DNA of 64,000 nt. It comes from Psilocybe cubensis. Taxonomy: Eukaryota. Positions within the stretch are counted from its first letter, which is position 1; each line of letters begins with the position of its first letter. Shown here piece by piece: positions 12,898 to 27,149 of this stretch. The translations under genes were made by a program, and so were the position numbers. The stretch spans positions 4,340,001 through 4,404,000 of the forward strand of contig CM038998.1 in the NCBI GenBank assembly GCA_017499595.2. Reading direction: 5' to 3'. The notes beneath the pieces were generated by a model. That model saw only the letters and a program-made list of their open reading frames with translations, was not told the DNA's origin and ran no database searches.

Positions 12898-13672
12898 TCA
12901 TAGCCTGATGGTTGGTTCAACTTGGTTGGGAGTTTTTTTTAAGCATGTTCTTTGTCATGGACGGTGAGACAGCGGAGTTTGGATTTTTCTTCCTTCATGC
13001 GCAGTCAAGACTCAATAGCGTGCAATGACAACTTGGAGAAACTTATTGGCGGATTCTGATGGGCACGGAGAGAGGTTCCATTACCGTGATAAATATGTAC
13101 CATTACGGTGAGTATACGCTATTTCATTTGCCTTGAAATTAAGCCAACATGGCAAAAGGGCAGTAGTAGGTCAGTTTCAACTTTCCATCGACATCATCTT
13201 CCGCTTCGAAGCTTGTAAATATATTTGGTTCAACAGCAATTCAGATGTGCTCTCTTGCATTCGGGCCCTCGGGGGCATTATCATTGAGTTTTCCAAAGAA
13301 AAGTGAGCACTGAGCGTAGACCTGAGCTGTGAATGTTGACCGTCGGACAGCGGACAAGGAAATTCTATAAATAGAACTTAGAAAAGGCGAAGGTAGTATG
13401 GACCTCTTTCTTCAAACAAGACTGCGATACAACTGCCATAAAAAATGCATTATAAAAACAAGAACTATAGAATGATAAGCTGTACAACGTGGATCTCAGA
13501 AGACCCTGCCACGCCACCCCCACTGTCTAGTGCTTATTCGAACAACCCCGCCCGGCGCCCACAGGGATACTTTCGCGCCCATTACGTTCCGATCGCTATC
13601 CCCACCTAGTGCCAGCGCGATCACCCAATATCCTATCTCCCTGGTATCTCCAGTACCTTATCAGGCAGGATC

Positions 13673-14677
13673 TCATGCACCAGGTTGCTTGCGCACATTT
13701 CCGGAGAAATCTAATGGGCCAAATTGCCATGCAGCACTGTGTTTCCTTGAGAACCACCACCGAGCTGCCCATCGGGCGGGTGCTGGGAGAGGAGGGAACC
13801 TAGACTCGCCCTTAGAATGGGAGTGCGCATCAGAGACTATAATACATACCAAGGGGTAGCAGGGTTCATGCACACGATGGTCATGGGAAGAGTGGTGTGG
13901 AAGTCAATGTCAGCAAAGACAATCTTCTGGAAGTCTTTGTCGATCGCTTTGAGTTCCTGCTCTGTGAAAGCAGCTTTGATTTTACTGCTCTCCAGTGTCG
14001 GCAGTTCCTATATTTAAGTATGTTATTTTAGATTGGCGTTTTGACAGAAGAAAAAAAGTTACTGACGTGAACCAAGTGCTCGTACATAAGGTCCCCAAAC
14101 GAGTTGATCTTCTCGAGGAAAACATTTGCGTCGTACTGCTCCTTGCCGGCCTGGACGTCCCTGCACCACTGCGCAGTCGCGTCAAGTTGAGGAACAAACG
14201 ACGCGTGCTCATCCACGTTCGATGATAGTGAGCCGGCACCGAGCTTTTTTTCAAGAGTTGGGAAATAAAATGTCTCTTCCACGTTATGATGGTGATGAAT
14301 GGTATCCAGCTAAGAATAAAGAGAAGAAAGTTAACATGATAGCAACGGACATTAAATGATCTGAACCCGCGGCGTACCACTGTTAGACAAAACACCATGA
14401 AAGGTTGCACCTTCTCAGGTGTGATATGTGGGGCATGCGCAACAGCAGCATTGATGCCTTGGATAAAGACGTTATGGGCAGCTGCCATATTGCTAATTAT
14501 CCGTGGGTGAGTTCTCAGAGTGTATTCATGGAAAGAACTTCCACCTACATGGCCTGGTAATCGAACATGTTCGAAAACTTGCCAGGTGGCATATCTGATA
14601 TTCGAAAAGGTTATGAGCAGTGAATACCCTTTGAAAGCAACAACGTATGTACCTTGGAGAGGGTATGGGGCGGGCAT
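13673..14677 (-). CDS. Hemerythrin-like (HHE cation-binding domain) protein, multi-exon
   Basis: MAAAHNVFIQGIN, IHHHHNVEETFYFP, NVDEHASF, HLVHE motifs typical of fungal hemerythrin-like proteins; ends ...GNVRKQPGA*. Confidence 0.8.
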
Positions 14678-17075
14678 ATTGGATGTGTGGTGGAAGTCGG
14701 AGGCAGACGTCTATCTCGTCCAGTACGCTGGGGTATATATACAGATCGTGACCAAGCAGACGCCCAAGAAAGTTCTAAAGAACGTTCAGGTGGAGGAAGA
14801 GAGCTAACGAATCATTAAGAAGCTCGTTTACGCTATGATATTTTTGGCCCTTTGATCGTGATCTGAAACTCGTGCAGGCCCCTTGAATTTGTAAAAGACA
14901 CCTTGTCGTTGGCTAGGTAGGGTACGCATCAGTCCAGATTTACACTAGACTTGTGCCGGCGTGGTCGCCGGCGAACAATACCTCCATACTAGAACCTCCC
15001 GTCGGCCGGCGCGACGCCAGACGTCAAAAAGGAAATGCCAACTTTTTGAGTAAGTATGAGTCTTCGAACAAGTTGTAATTCAGGTATGCTCAGGAAAACC
15101 ATCAGAATGAGCAATCAGTCGAAAAACGACGTCTTTAATTTGAAAGTTGGAGTGGCTTCTTTGTTATTACTGACTGATACTCAACGTAGCGCTTTGTACA
15201 GCATATCATACGGATCGTGCAAATTAGAGTCTGGGTCCTGGGAGAATTGGAGAATGTATATAGTTTAATATGTGCTATGAATACAACGCTTTCCTGCATC
15301 AGTATCACTGAAGCTGTCGTGTTCAGACATCTGTGAGTCGTACCAGTCCCTATAGTCACTCCTATCTGTAGTGTTCTCTTGCTAGTGGAATCTGCGAGCC
15401 TTATCACCGAGGTAGTGATAATTTTAGTAACAGACGGAAAGAATTGCACCGTATGCATTTCCATCAACGCTTTTAGAAATGGAAACTCGTGGTTAATGCT
15501 CAGCTCGACGGAGGCATTCGTAGCAAGTATCGAGACCTGCATCAAATAGATCAAAGTCCCTCGTATGGTTGTTGATGCTAGTGTTTCGAGTGTAGTTGCT
15601 TTTGTATACCTCGATCGAGAACCCGTAGACAATCAGTGATGTACCAAGAATTGTACTGACTGAGATCAGGCCCATTAGCGAATGTGTAAAGATAACCCCA
15701 CTTTTTGGCTTTGATAGAAGCAGAAGAAGTGCAATATTTGATGTTCTCTGACTCTTCAAAGAGCAGTGTTCGAATATTTTTTGAGTCTTGAAGGTGGTTG
15801 CCGAGAGCAACCGTCGAGCTCGGATCAATCATTTGGTCTGTGTTCCGTCTGTCGATAACCTGTTCGGATGCGATCTGTGGGATTCGGGAGGGTGGAGTTG
15901 TGAGCCTTGAACATAGACTGATGCGTTTTGACCTAGTAGCGTCAAGGAAACCATGTCAACAGCAACTAATGAGCATTGGGAGAGAGGTTAGACGTCAAAC
16001 TATTCAAGTCAAGAGGACCAATGATGGTGTTCTACAAATGTTTTGGCACCAGTGGGAGAAAAGGAGTGTGTCACCGTCACTATTACATGTGACTTGTCTA
16101 CCAAACTTTTCGGCACGTGCCACGTGTTGGGAGCTGGCTTCATTCAAAGCGCGTATGCTCCATCCGACTTTCTGCCGCATCCCAAGCCGATTCCAAGAAA
16201 TGCATGAACAAATGGAAGAAAAGGCTAAAACACGATGTTCTCATGACAGCTCCGGCACATTGGGCCAATCGCGCTTTCGCAGAGATAGTCTCAATGGACG
16301 TACACTTACAATTCATCTAGGAGCCTATAGGGGTTCCTCTCAAACAATCAAGTCGGGTTGATTCCAACGCTGATCAGAAAGCTGCCCTTTACGGTACAGA
16401 CTGATAGCATAGCCGCATGGCGTCGGAGGGCGTGGGCGTTTTCAAGCTTAAATTTGTCCAAGTGGCCCAGAACCCGTGAACGAAGTTGCTTCTGAGTTTC
16501 AGGGGGGAACGTCTTACTGCCGCCTCATACTGTAACTCTGGAGGTTACTCCACGCCGCACGGGCGCTATACCGTATGTACTTGCTCGTCTTGTATCTTTG
16601 GCGTCCCGTCGCACTCTCGCGTAGCTCGTGCTTGCATCTAATCACGGTCGATATAGCGGACCGTAGCACGAGATTGATGGATCGCTATATCATTCGGTGA
16701 GTTGAAGCTTCAGGCTTCAAGCTTCACTGAAATAAAACGAAAGACAGGAATACGGTGCTCCAGACACCAGTGACAGTTCATTTCATGCGATGCGGTAAAA
16801 TTCTCGCAATGCTATGTGGCGCCAGTCTCAATTTCTATCGGACGTTGGCCCGGAAATACGGACATGAACTTAAGGTGCGTAGACACCGGGCTTCAAATTG
16901 TGTGTAACACGCTCCGAGAATAGAACTTGATAGAGATTACAACGGCGCGATCGACTATATCGGCCCCATCATTTTTGGGAATGACATACCAACCTGGACT
17001 TCTCTTTAAATAGGTAAGCCCCGTAATCTTGAAATTTCTTTGCCATCCTACCTTTCCTCGATTACCCAGCGCGCT

Positions 17076-18509
17076 ATGTCCGACGCTCCTCCTCCTCCTC
17101 CTGCGGCCCAGCCTGGATCCATCACTGTCCCTCTCCCTCCTGGGATGACTGTGGATCAATTCCTGGCCCTCCAAAAAGTAGTCGGTGAGTGTACAAGATT
17201 TTAATACTGTCGCGCTATGTTTACGCTCTATGCAGTAAATCTGGCTATTGCTATGGCGGTCGCAGTTGGAATCATTATCTGGGATTTGTGAGTGCTGATT
17301 CAGTAAATCAGTATTTGATTCTGTCAACTCATCCTTGATGCAGCGTCTCAATGATCCCTACAGAGCGAGAGCTCTACCGCGACAAGGACAGAAAGCAATG
17401 GAAAGCACCTGCAACCTGGGCGTATGTGGATTCTCTTTCAATTACTTTTGATTATCAATCTCACGACGGAATCGGGACTAGGTTCATGGTGCTGCGCTAC
17501 GCCGGAATCCTCGCGCTGTTCCCCGGCCTGTTCTTTACTTCAATACAGAATGACCACTGCCAAGTCACCGCCTCGGTTAGCCAAGTTGGCGTCATTCTCG
17601 TTACGGGTTCTGCAGGTGTTATCTTTGCATACCGAGTGTTTGCAATCTGGCGCTTCAACAAATTCGTCGTAGGTGGTGTTTCGTTCCTGTGGGTGTTTAC
17701 AGTCGCTTCATGGGTACGTTTTTTCCATTTCGCCGTTTTCGCTTACAGGGCTGCCCGCCTGATACAAGATTTCTAATCACTCGTTTACGACAGATTGCAG
17801 CAGGCTCGCAGCTCCGTGCATCTCAGGGCCCCCCTACCAATTTCGGGTCTAATTGTATTCTCCACCCTGTCCCTTCGTGGCAACCCCTTCCTTTCGCGTC
17901 GTCGGTGTTGTACGACGTTGTCGTCCTCGTTCTCACTCTCGTTAAGCTGCGCGGAGACAGGATCAAAGCGTATTCTATCGGCAGTCAGATTCGAGGCGAC
18001 AATGTTCTGTATTTCGTAATTGTGACTGCGACCAATATTGCTGCATTGGTTATCAACAGTCTAGGCCCAGAGCACGACGACATCAAGCCCGTCGCGCTCC
18101 CCTTCCCAACGCTGTTAACCGCAGCCATGGGAGCTCGGTACGTTTTCTTGATCTATTTGGCTTTTGTTATTAATTTTACTGACCTATTCTCGTCCCGGTT
18201 AGTGTATACATAAATCTTCGAATGTACAACAAGAAGATCAACGGTGAACTCTCGGGCTCCATCCCGACACACAGCAGCGGTACAACGAGGTCTGCTGTGG
18301 AGGACACCATCCGCCTGAAGAACAGCAACGGCGTCGACGAGAGCATCCGCATCCGCAAGCCCGGTCCCTCCGACGCAATCCCGCTCGGCTCAATGAAGAA
18401 CACAGTGTCTGTGCACCAGCACCAGTCGTCCTTCAGCGATGGTGACCACTGGCAGGGTCCAACTAAAGTCAACAACGACTACCGGAACATAAACCGCGAC
18501 AGCCTGTGA
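17076..18509 (+). CDS. Multi-pass (7TM-like, DUF6533-type) fungal membrane protein, multi-exon; paralog of 21-1163
   Basis: MSDAPPPPPAAQPG...; MIPTERELYRDKDRKQWKAPATWA, FMVLRYAGIL, GSNCILHPVP, DIKPVALPFPTLL; strong similarity and identical intron positions to the first gene. Confidence 0.8.
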
Positions 18510-21468
18510 GGGCTCTGCTCTACCTTCACCCGGATGTTCAAATCCTCTTGGCGGCATCGCCTTGCCCCCCGTGGTGGTGGTGGTGGCTGATGTCGCATTT
18601 CACATTTTCTTCACTGTCCATCATCCATCTAATTTATTAAACTCTCATGATTCACGACCCTTGTTCCCCTCGATCTTGCTATACATTACGAACAATTTCT
18701 ATTCTACCTCATGCACCCCCTCCCGTCGCCTTTTTTGGACCCCTCGGTTTCTGTCTCTCTCAATCTTGTCATTCTCTTTTTGGGCGGGGCGCTGATGATG
18801 GTTTGTGGCTCTTTTTACCTTACTACCTATTCAAAAAGTTACGATGGAACGCAATGGAACAGTTAACAAATCGCAGCCTGACTGGATTCAACAATACTTT
18901 CGTTCTTTTTTCATGTCTTGTACATACTTAACACATAAAACCCCTACTATTAGTGTTTTTCTTGTTGTGCTTACTCCATCTGTCTCCCCAGTACATCATC
19001 ATCCTTTGTCATACTACATAGTACGCGGATAATCATCATGCGAATGAATATATTTCGTGAAATTACGTCCTGGAACTTGGAAGTGCTTCGGAGAATTCTT
19101 TGCGCCTCAGCGGCTCAGCCCCACATTAGAAGCTTATTTATTTTGCGCTGCGAGAGTGTGGATCCTCAGCGCCCATACGTACGTATGCGGTATGGTCAGT
19201 CTGAATCCGGCACCATAGGCTAACGCTGTATAGCAGCGATGCGTCTGATGATACATAATAAAATAGCCCAGATCCACAGCAGCTAAGAACAGAACCTGAA
19301 ACGGCTAACAATGACATAGAATTTACAGATCTGCGTACGTACTTTGCGGAATGCGCAAATACCAAACCTGATTGCGCCGCGGCGGGGAAAGGCGCGGACG
19401 GCGGACGCGTGGACGGTGGTTTGACGACGACCGACCGGCGACGAGCTCGAGGCCGCAAATCAATTGGCCGAGATCGGTGAAAATCTCCTCTCCCTCTCCG
19501 TGCGTTGTGATGCCACTAATTTGTTATTCAGTTCGATACGCGATATTGACTGATATTGATTTTTTTTAACGAGCGTACTGCTTGAATCCCGCGTGGCGAG
19601 ACGCATACATAATATAATAAAATTTTGGAGTAATTTTATTTTCGTTGATTTCGAAAGTCTTCTCTATCAGCTCAAGTGAAACGTTTCAAGAGCGAATAGT
19701 CATTTTTGGCAGTTGTTTTCTGACTGATCTTGCAACTGTGAACTTTCAAGTGAAACGTTTTAACAGCGGATTTCACATGCTACTGCTGTCGACTTGCAAA
19801 TTAGATGAAGGCTGGCTAGGCTGACGCGCACTTTGCTGAGTGTCTCAATATTCAACCAACAAGAGATATCTCATGAAATGTCGTATATAGCTCTCTGAAT
19901 TTCTGAACGCGACCGACCGCATGCTTGAAGGACACCAATCGGTTTCAACAATTGATTGAATCTCGTTTCTGTTGACAAAGTGCATCACGGCAACCGCCGC
20001 AGTTCACATGACAATCTTCAATCTCCGCGTTAATACTTCCTGTTGCCGCAAGATGCCGCTTTGTTCGTCCAAACTTTCTTGGTGATACTTGTTCGTTCGT
20101 TCCACCATCTGATGAATTTGTTCGATTTTGCTCATGCAACAATGAAATCAGACTCTGTCTACTGAAAAGTATCACTTCTTACATCAGAATGATCAAAATC
20201 ATACTCAAACCGTCGCTGGATTCAGATTATGATATTTACCTTTCATCTGCACTGATGATTCTTCCAGGGCAAGCGCTGACTTTGCCTGAAGTGACCCTCG
20301 GAGTGTATCCAAGCTCATGAGGGATATATGCCGTATGGAACCTTCAAAACTGAAATTCTCCCACAAGGTATTTTTTTTTACAATTTTGACCCCCTTCAAG
20401 GCGCATATATTCACTTTTTTTGCCGTCGTTAACGCTCTCTGGACGCCATTTGACTTGTTTTGCAGACATTTTTTCTTATAAACATGGCTACAGTCTAATA
20501 CAAGCTGCAGGACTGATGCTGCAATATCTAAAATTCAACGGTATTCGTACTCTGATTTAAAGCATTGTAGGTTTATCCGCCATCATGCTGGGCGTCTATG
20601 GGGTTACAATACAAATGATTATCTTTGATCAAATCTTCTATCCAATACTAACAGTTCTGATAATCGTCTAATTTTTGCTCTCAGTCCGGCCATATGTGGA
20701 TGGGTCTAGAGAAATCTCGAAGTTGCATGTTCATTGTCCATCTTGAAGCGCCCTACAATCAACGCTAATACAGGGAAAGACCTCGCGAACACCTACGCTG
20801 GGTTGTCAATAATTTCATTTGGAAGGGCACCCGTGATCAACGAAGAACAATAGCAGCCAGGCAAAAGTTGCGATTCTCCAGTGGACTATCGCAAAATCAA
20901 ATACTTATTCCACCCGAACTCATCCTTAGCATACTAGCGTCCAGAGCTGTCCAAACGCTCGTTTGTTCACCAAAATGGCCTGTGGCCCTCCCTCCTTTCA
21001 TCGGCGGCTTTGATATTGACTGTATGTCTTGTAGAGAAAGTAGAAGATCTACTGACTGTGTGCCTTCATTTCAAGCTATTATTATGCGGGAGTAATAATG
21101 CTCTGATTGTCATAAAGTCCGGTGGCTGTGCGACTCTGGGCCACAAGACAAAGAAAAGGGCAGCCGCATCGTTGGAAGGTCCCAACAACGGCGACGACGA
21201 CGGACAGACGACAAACAGGGCCCACAAACACCTCTGCACTCGACCACAATCTTCCCGGGCTGGCCTCGAGGCTTGATTCTCAGACTAGATATACGGGACA
21301 GCGGCTCTTTCCTTTGTCGCCTCGTTGCGAGTTCACTTTACCCCATCAAAGTCATAAATAAGAATTGGCTGAGTGACTCTGGGTTCCTGGGAGCCTTTCT
21401 TTTAAACAACCATCTCCCTCTACCCTTTCTCTTCAATCCGCCCCTCTCCCTCCCTTTTTCTTTACACC

Positions 21469-22898
21469 ATGGACTACAAACCCCAATCGCCCTACAAACG
21501 AACCAAGGGCGCCGCTGCCACGGTTCCACCCCTTGTTCGCAGTGGTTCTGCCAATCTGTTGGAGCGTTCCACGTTCAGTGGCACTACTTGGAAGCCCAAG
21601 CGGCTTGAACTCGACAGCGAGTCGCTGACAATCATCAATGTAAGTTCTCTTGTTCGCCATAGTTCGCTTTGGCTCCACAGTTGTCTCACTCGCGTCGTTG
21701 CAGCCCTCGTCAAACAAGCGCACTCGCATCAGTCTGCAAGACATCACCGAGCTCGAGCGAACAGACCTGGCAGACCATGCACTCGAACTAAAGACAAAGA
21801 TCAAGCGGTACAACTTCTCATTCACCACCGACTCGGAATTGTATGACTGGCAGGACGATATCTACCAGCGGTGTCCTCTAGGCAACTACAGCGCACCCTT
21901 CGATTTTGTGCACAAGTCGCATATAGGATCGGATTCGGTGGCGGGTACATTCACGGTGCGTTCAATTCATAGGCATTCTCACTCCTGTGTTCTCACATTC
22001 AAGGCGGCTTCTTTTCCCATAGGACGCGAACATTCTCCCCATCTATGCAGAGATCATTGGCGGACAGCCGGCTGTTTCCAAAACCTCTCCATCCATCGTC
22101 GCCTCGCCCCGCTCACGGCCTGCATCTGCTTCTCCACTCGCCGCTGTGCCAAAGGGCAGCTCATCGCCATCACACCCGGTCCTGGATGGACTTTTTGCGA
22201 TCAAACAAACAGGCCTCTTCGCGGGTTGGCTGTGGAAAGAACGATGGCTGACACTCACGCCACAGGCTCTTGTCATTCATCGGCGAAGTACCAAGGTGAA
22301 CTAGTCTCTTCTTTGCTCTACTTCTCCACCTTCAGATCCCCACTCGGGGGACCCAAATCTATTCTTATTCGTATCTCTTATCGACCTTCTTTACTGACAT
22401 CCTGTTTTTCATTTGCCCTGCTCCGCCAGTCCTCGCCGGCATCGAAGAGTATTCCACTACCCGCTCTCACCCGAATCGACATCGACGTGAAACGGGACAA
22501 TTGCCTCATTGTCGAGTTCACCACCCGCCCAAGCTCCTCCACATCCTCAGGGTCCGTGCCGACCGATATACTAGCGATTGTGTTTAAGGGCAATACGAAT
22601 TTATACGAATGGCGCGACGCGCTGTACCTCCGCAGCGCGCTCTCCTCGCCGATCGGAAACCCGACCAGTTTCGTCCATCATGTGCACGTAGGGTTTGACC
22701 CTGTAACGGGTGCCTTTACCGTAAGTCCAATAAATCAGTGAATTTGGTGCAAACTTGTAGAATCTCAATTTTGTGTGTGCTTGACAGGGTCTTCCGGCTG
22801 AATGGAACTGCGTTAATCCAGGACCGTCGCCTTCCTCTGAGAAGAAGGCGCGCCGCCAGTCAAGGCGTAGATCTGCGCCCCTGGTGGCCTCTAATTGA
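21469..22898 (+). CDS. Tandem PH-CRIB-PH-CRIB protein (Cla4 N-terminus-like), no kinase domain
   Basis: PH motifs WKPKRLEL...ELYDWQDDIY and WKERWLTL...LYEWRDALY; CRIB YSAPFDFVHKSHIG and [29 protein letters not shown]; stop TGA at 22896-22898. Confidence 0.85.
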
Positions 22899-25800
22899 TG
22901 ATGATGGTGCCCCACCCCCACCACACAATTCAACGCGTCACGCGTGCCTTCGTGCGCGTACATACTCCTGGCTCTTTTGAATCCGAAATCGATGTTGTAT
23001 TCTGGTCTCATTTGCACCTCTTGTTACCTTTTTGGTTTACTCGTCTCGTACCCTCCACTTCTACTGGCCTAGAGCTCCCTTGGAATGGTCTGTTCACATC
23101 TCTGTGTACCTATATTATTATCCCTTGATCTTGGGCACTGAATAGTCCCACTGTCATATTCCCCCATCATCGTCGCCGTCAACCTCATCATTATCATCAT
23201 TTTGTCGACAATCACACCTCTCATCCGTCCATCTATCCATCCATTCATCCCACCATCCTCTGTCACCCGCACCCGCTCAGTCTAGGATGACTGGAAGACA
23301 ACGACATGCTGTATATGTGTCTGTGTCATACAAATATAACAACATGGATATATGTGTCTTGACACCAACGACGTCGTTATTCCAGGAATAGAGGTTCCGC
23401 TACCCCTCTCACACACTCTTCCCCGACGACGCTTCTTCTGTTTCCTTTTGACGACCGCCATAAAAAATTTTCACGAAATGTTGTTCGACTTGGAATCTCC
23501 GCACGATACGATGTTCGCTTTGTCCCACACACACTTTTTGCTTTTGTTTTTCTCCTTCTCTCTGTCTCGGAACGAACAACACACATTCTTCCACCCTTCC
23601 CACCCATTATACTTCCATTCATTTTGTAAGCGCTTTGCAATTCGTCCATCATATTCTTTTTCCCCCCTCAATCACTCCAAATTTGTTGTCTACGTACATG
23701 CATACACCTGGACTTCTCTTACGTTCCCTTGTTCCATTTCTCTCCTTCTTGTCTCTCTTCATCTTGTCACTTGTCCCAAGTTTCGGCCCTTGTCAAGCAA
23801 CCCTTGTCTCTTAATTCCCTTCCATTTCTTTTTCATTCTTTTTTTACCTTGTCATACGTATACGTATCATTATTGTACTAGTACTACTACTTAACAGTCT
23901 CTCTTGTATGTCCCGTGTAAAAGGTTCCTTTCGGCTTCTACCTTTTTTTTTGGAAGTTGGAGACGGATGTGATGGTGATGTATGTACATATGTTTGTTAT
24001 GCATATACCCACCCCTTCCACCTCATAACAATCGGCACATCCGAACCAGGACCTTTCCTTTCCCCTTTCTCCATATGCCTACTACTCGCCTGCCCTGTCT
24101 ATGTACGCCGAATTATGCCCATGCTAGGCCATAAATTATCTTCGAAATCGTCATCGACGATGTAGTTGTTCCATGTCATCCTCTTTTTTACCCTTCTATC
24201 TCCCCCCTTAGGCTTTCGCTTATGGTGTCTCCCACCTTATCTATTTATCTCTGGCACTCTTTAGTGGTTTTTAAATTGCATAGTTTGGAATCTGGATTCA
24301 CATTCGCATTTCGCATCTATTTTATTTAGTATTACATATGTAGCTAGAACTTGAGAAGGAGTGTTTTATTTCTTTCGCGATTTGCTTTTGCTTGGTTTAC
24401 TGCGCTCCCCGCACAACCCCGCTTCTCCAGCTCCCTTGGGCGCGAGTTTCTGAGCTCTGGTAGGTTCTGGAGTTGAGTGATTTAGATCGTGGGTTGGGTC
24501 GTATGACCATGATGCGACTTATATTTATCATGTTATCAAAGTTGAAGTTGATAGCGAGATACGGCTTTCAGCTTTTACTTCAATCTCAAGAAAAAGCAAC
24601 ACAGTGGCACGGGTCACGGTGATTGGCGTTTATTAATTAACTGTACGGTATAGTAAGTTATGTTACTGTTTACTATACCCCGCTCTGTGCGGGTAGAGTG
24701 GGGGTTTTAGCTTTGTGGTGTTTGTGAATTTGTTCTATTTGACGTAGTTGGAGCTTATACCAGTCGTCGAACATACCCCCCTGTACCTCTCTTTCACCTC
24801 TCGTAAGTGTCATAATTCATTTGGGACCCTCTCGGGAGTTCCGCCTGCCCATCTGACTGGACTTTGCCCGGCCCTTCGCCCTCCCAATCCACTCCAGCAC
24901 GGTTATCGGAAGACAAGCACACCACCACTGGCAAAACCTGGAAGAACTGACATTCATGGACAATAAGAGCTGCCAGAGATAATTGTTGTCTTATTGTTTT
25001 GAGTGCTTGCGAAGTTTCTCTTTTGTCTGGATATGTCAAGAAATCGAGTGGCCGCGTTAGGACCTTGCCGAGGTCACATTCAACTCCGTGATCATGAGGG
25101 GCCTCGCACCCATGGTCATGCTATTACTATACCATCACTATTTTACTATGACCCACTGGTAAAGTCCACAAAGATTCGTCTTCTTTGCACTGCTCAGTGC
25201 CTCAGTGTAGAATAACAGGTGCTCCCCTCAGGCTATTTGATGCTGTCAATTCATCCGGGTCCGATACGCAGCCAGCGTTTGGAGTGCGCCGCTCACGCCA
25301 ATGTTAAGTACAATAAGTACTAATAGACGCTCGCTCATCCGCACTGCAACCGCGTACATCCCTGTTCCCACTTATTTTGCATTAAATGGCCCGGTCATCG
25401 ATCCGGGTATTCGCTCTGAGCCCTGCATCTCATCTCATCTCACCTCACTCGCTTTCGATATCTCGCTTCCCTTGAATGTATATGTGATGCGATCCCAGAT
25501 AGCCTGAGAGCGCTCTAGTTTTACGGAAAGAGCACTTCCGACCAGCCATCCGAATCTGGTACATATTCCATGCGCATGACCGTTCGCTGGCTATAAACGA
25601 TCAGGACATTCGTCCCGATTTCGTTGGGGTTATACAAGAAGGAGAAAACTAAAGCACCACCACTCCTATCGGTAGTACAATGTAAATTGGCAGGATGTTT
25701 GGTTTGACCCTCTACCGTATAGACATTTACTAAAGCTATATGATTGAATAAAGTCTCTATCTGGAATCGTTTTGCCTTATCATGTGGGGATAGCCAGGTG

Positions 25801-27149
25801 GAGGACGAAACTTCATATGTATTGATGGTCCTCCAATGATGCATATCGGAGCGATGTGCAGAGTACGATAGTAGACCGGATCCTCCTTATTCATAGCCTG
25901 ACCATCAGATAAAACTATTCCACGGCGCCAGGTGGGTTTATCTCTCGATTTGGGTGACTCAATTGAAGGTAAGTTCATGTGACACTAGTTGTATATCCCC
26001 TCTGTCGGCATTTGATGAGATTGTGTGCATTTACTTCGACCCGTTTCCTCTGTCGACATCATTGACGATGGATATATAGTATACTCATATACACCATGAC
26101 CCTAGTTCAATTCATACTGCCACTTTATGAACAAAGTAAACTATAAAATTGTTCATAGTGATCAAAGCCCGACCATAGTATCAATCAAATATGTACATAT
26201 CAGCATAGACCGCAAACGACCACATCTTAGTAGGTTTCTAACATATCTTCAGGAAGAGACCGCCTTTTTCGGGAGTTACTGTCATTACAAGAACGGTAAA
26301 GTGTTTGGAGACTGAGCATCACAGTGGTACATGCATTGAGAAAGTGGGAAATCTGTGTCCGATGGAGTAAGTATATGAGTAAATCGTGTCTCCATTGACC
26401 TGAAAAACATATCTAGCATGTACTAGAAAGATTATGATGTATTTCCAATGGTCTAGGGCACATTTAAATACATTGGATGATTGGTGGATGCTAAAGGATT
26501 ACTCCCAGTGGAACATCAGCGGGTTAGTTGAAAAAATAATAATAGTATTTAGTTTTACCAGAGTCCTATTGAAAAGTGATCTTCAAATAAATTTCAAGTG
26601 GGTCGGTTTGAAGTTGTCTCGAAATGGTACTACGCGTCCGATGTCATTGACGCGTCGTTTCACCGAGATGATCCCGTGACAGGACTTTCGACTCTCGAGT
26701 ACCGTCAATCATCGGATACTGCCGAGATTATGTTTTCTTTTATGATGTCGCTCAGCTTTAAAAAGATGGTAGTAACCATCATCTCACGGAGGTGTTTCAC
26801 GGTTCAGGATGAATTTTCCGATGCTGCATGTGGTCCTGTACATTGCCGACAATGCACTCTGTAGGAGCTTTATTCAAGATATCGCGTTGGTTCATCCAAT
26901 GTGTCTACTCAGTCCTCAGTTTTTTTTATTTCTAGGAGTTTGCTCTGATCTCTATGTTATTTGCAGCCGTTACCCGCCATAAATTTTAGGCGCCCGCAAT
27001 TCGGTCTGACTTGAACATCAAAGCCTCACGAATGTGGATTCATCGATCAGTGTGAATTTTCTCACTCAGTGCCAGGTTTATTCACCCCGCAATGGTTTTA
27101 AATCTCACACCATCGTTGTCTGGCTTCACATCCCACCGTTATTCTTGTC

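Noticed and set aside
15135-16361. Overlapping 84-187 aa ORFs on both strands
   Set aside because: No coherent spliced model or recognisable family; at most a degraded gene
16701-16731. GAAGCTTC x2, resembling a heat-shock element
   Set aside because: Too short, and the spacing does not form a contiguous nGAAn array; could be chance
23100-24400. Hydrophobic 180-aa ORF in a pyrimidine-rich tract
   Set aside because: Low-complexity C/T-rich sequence typical of a long 3' UTR or intergenic region
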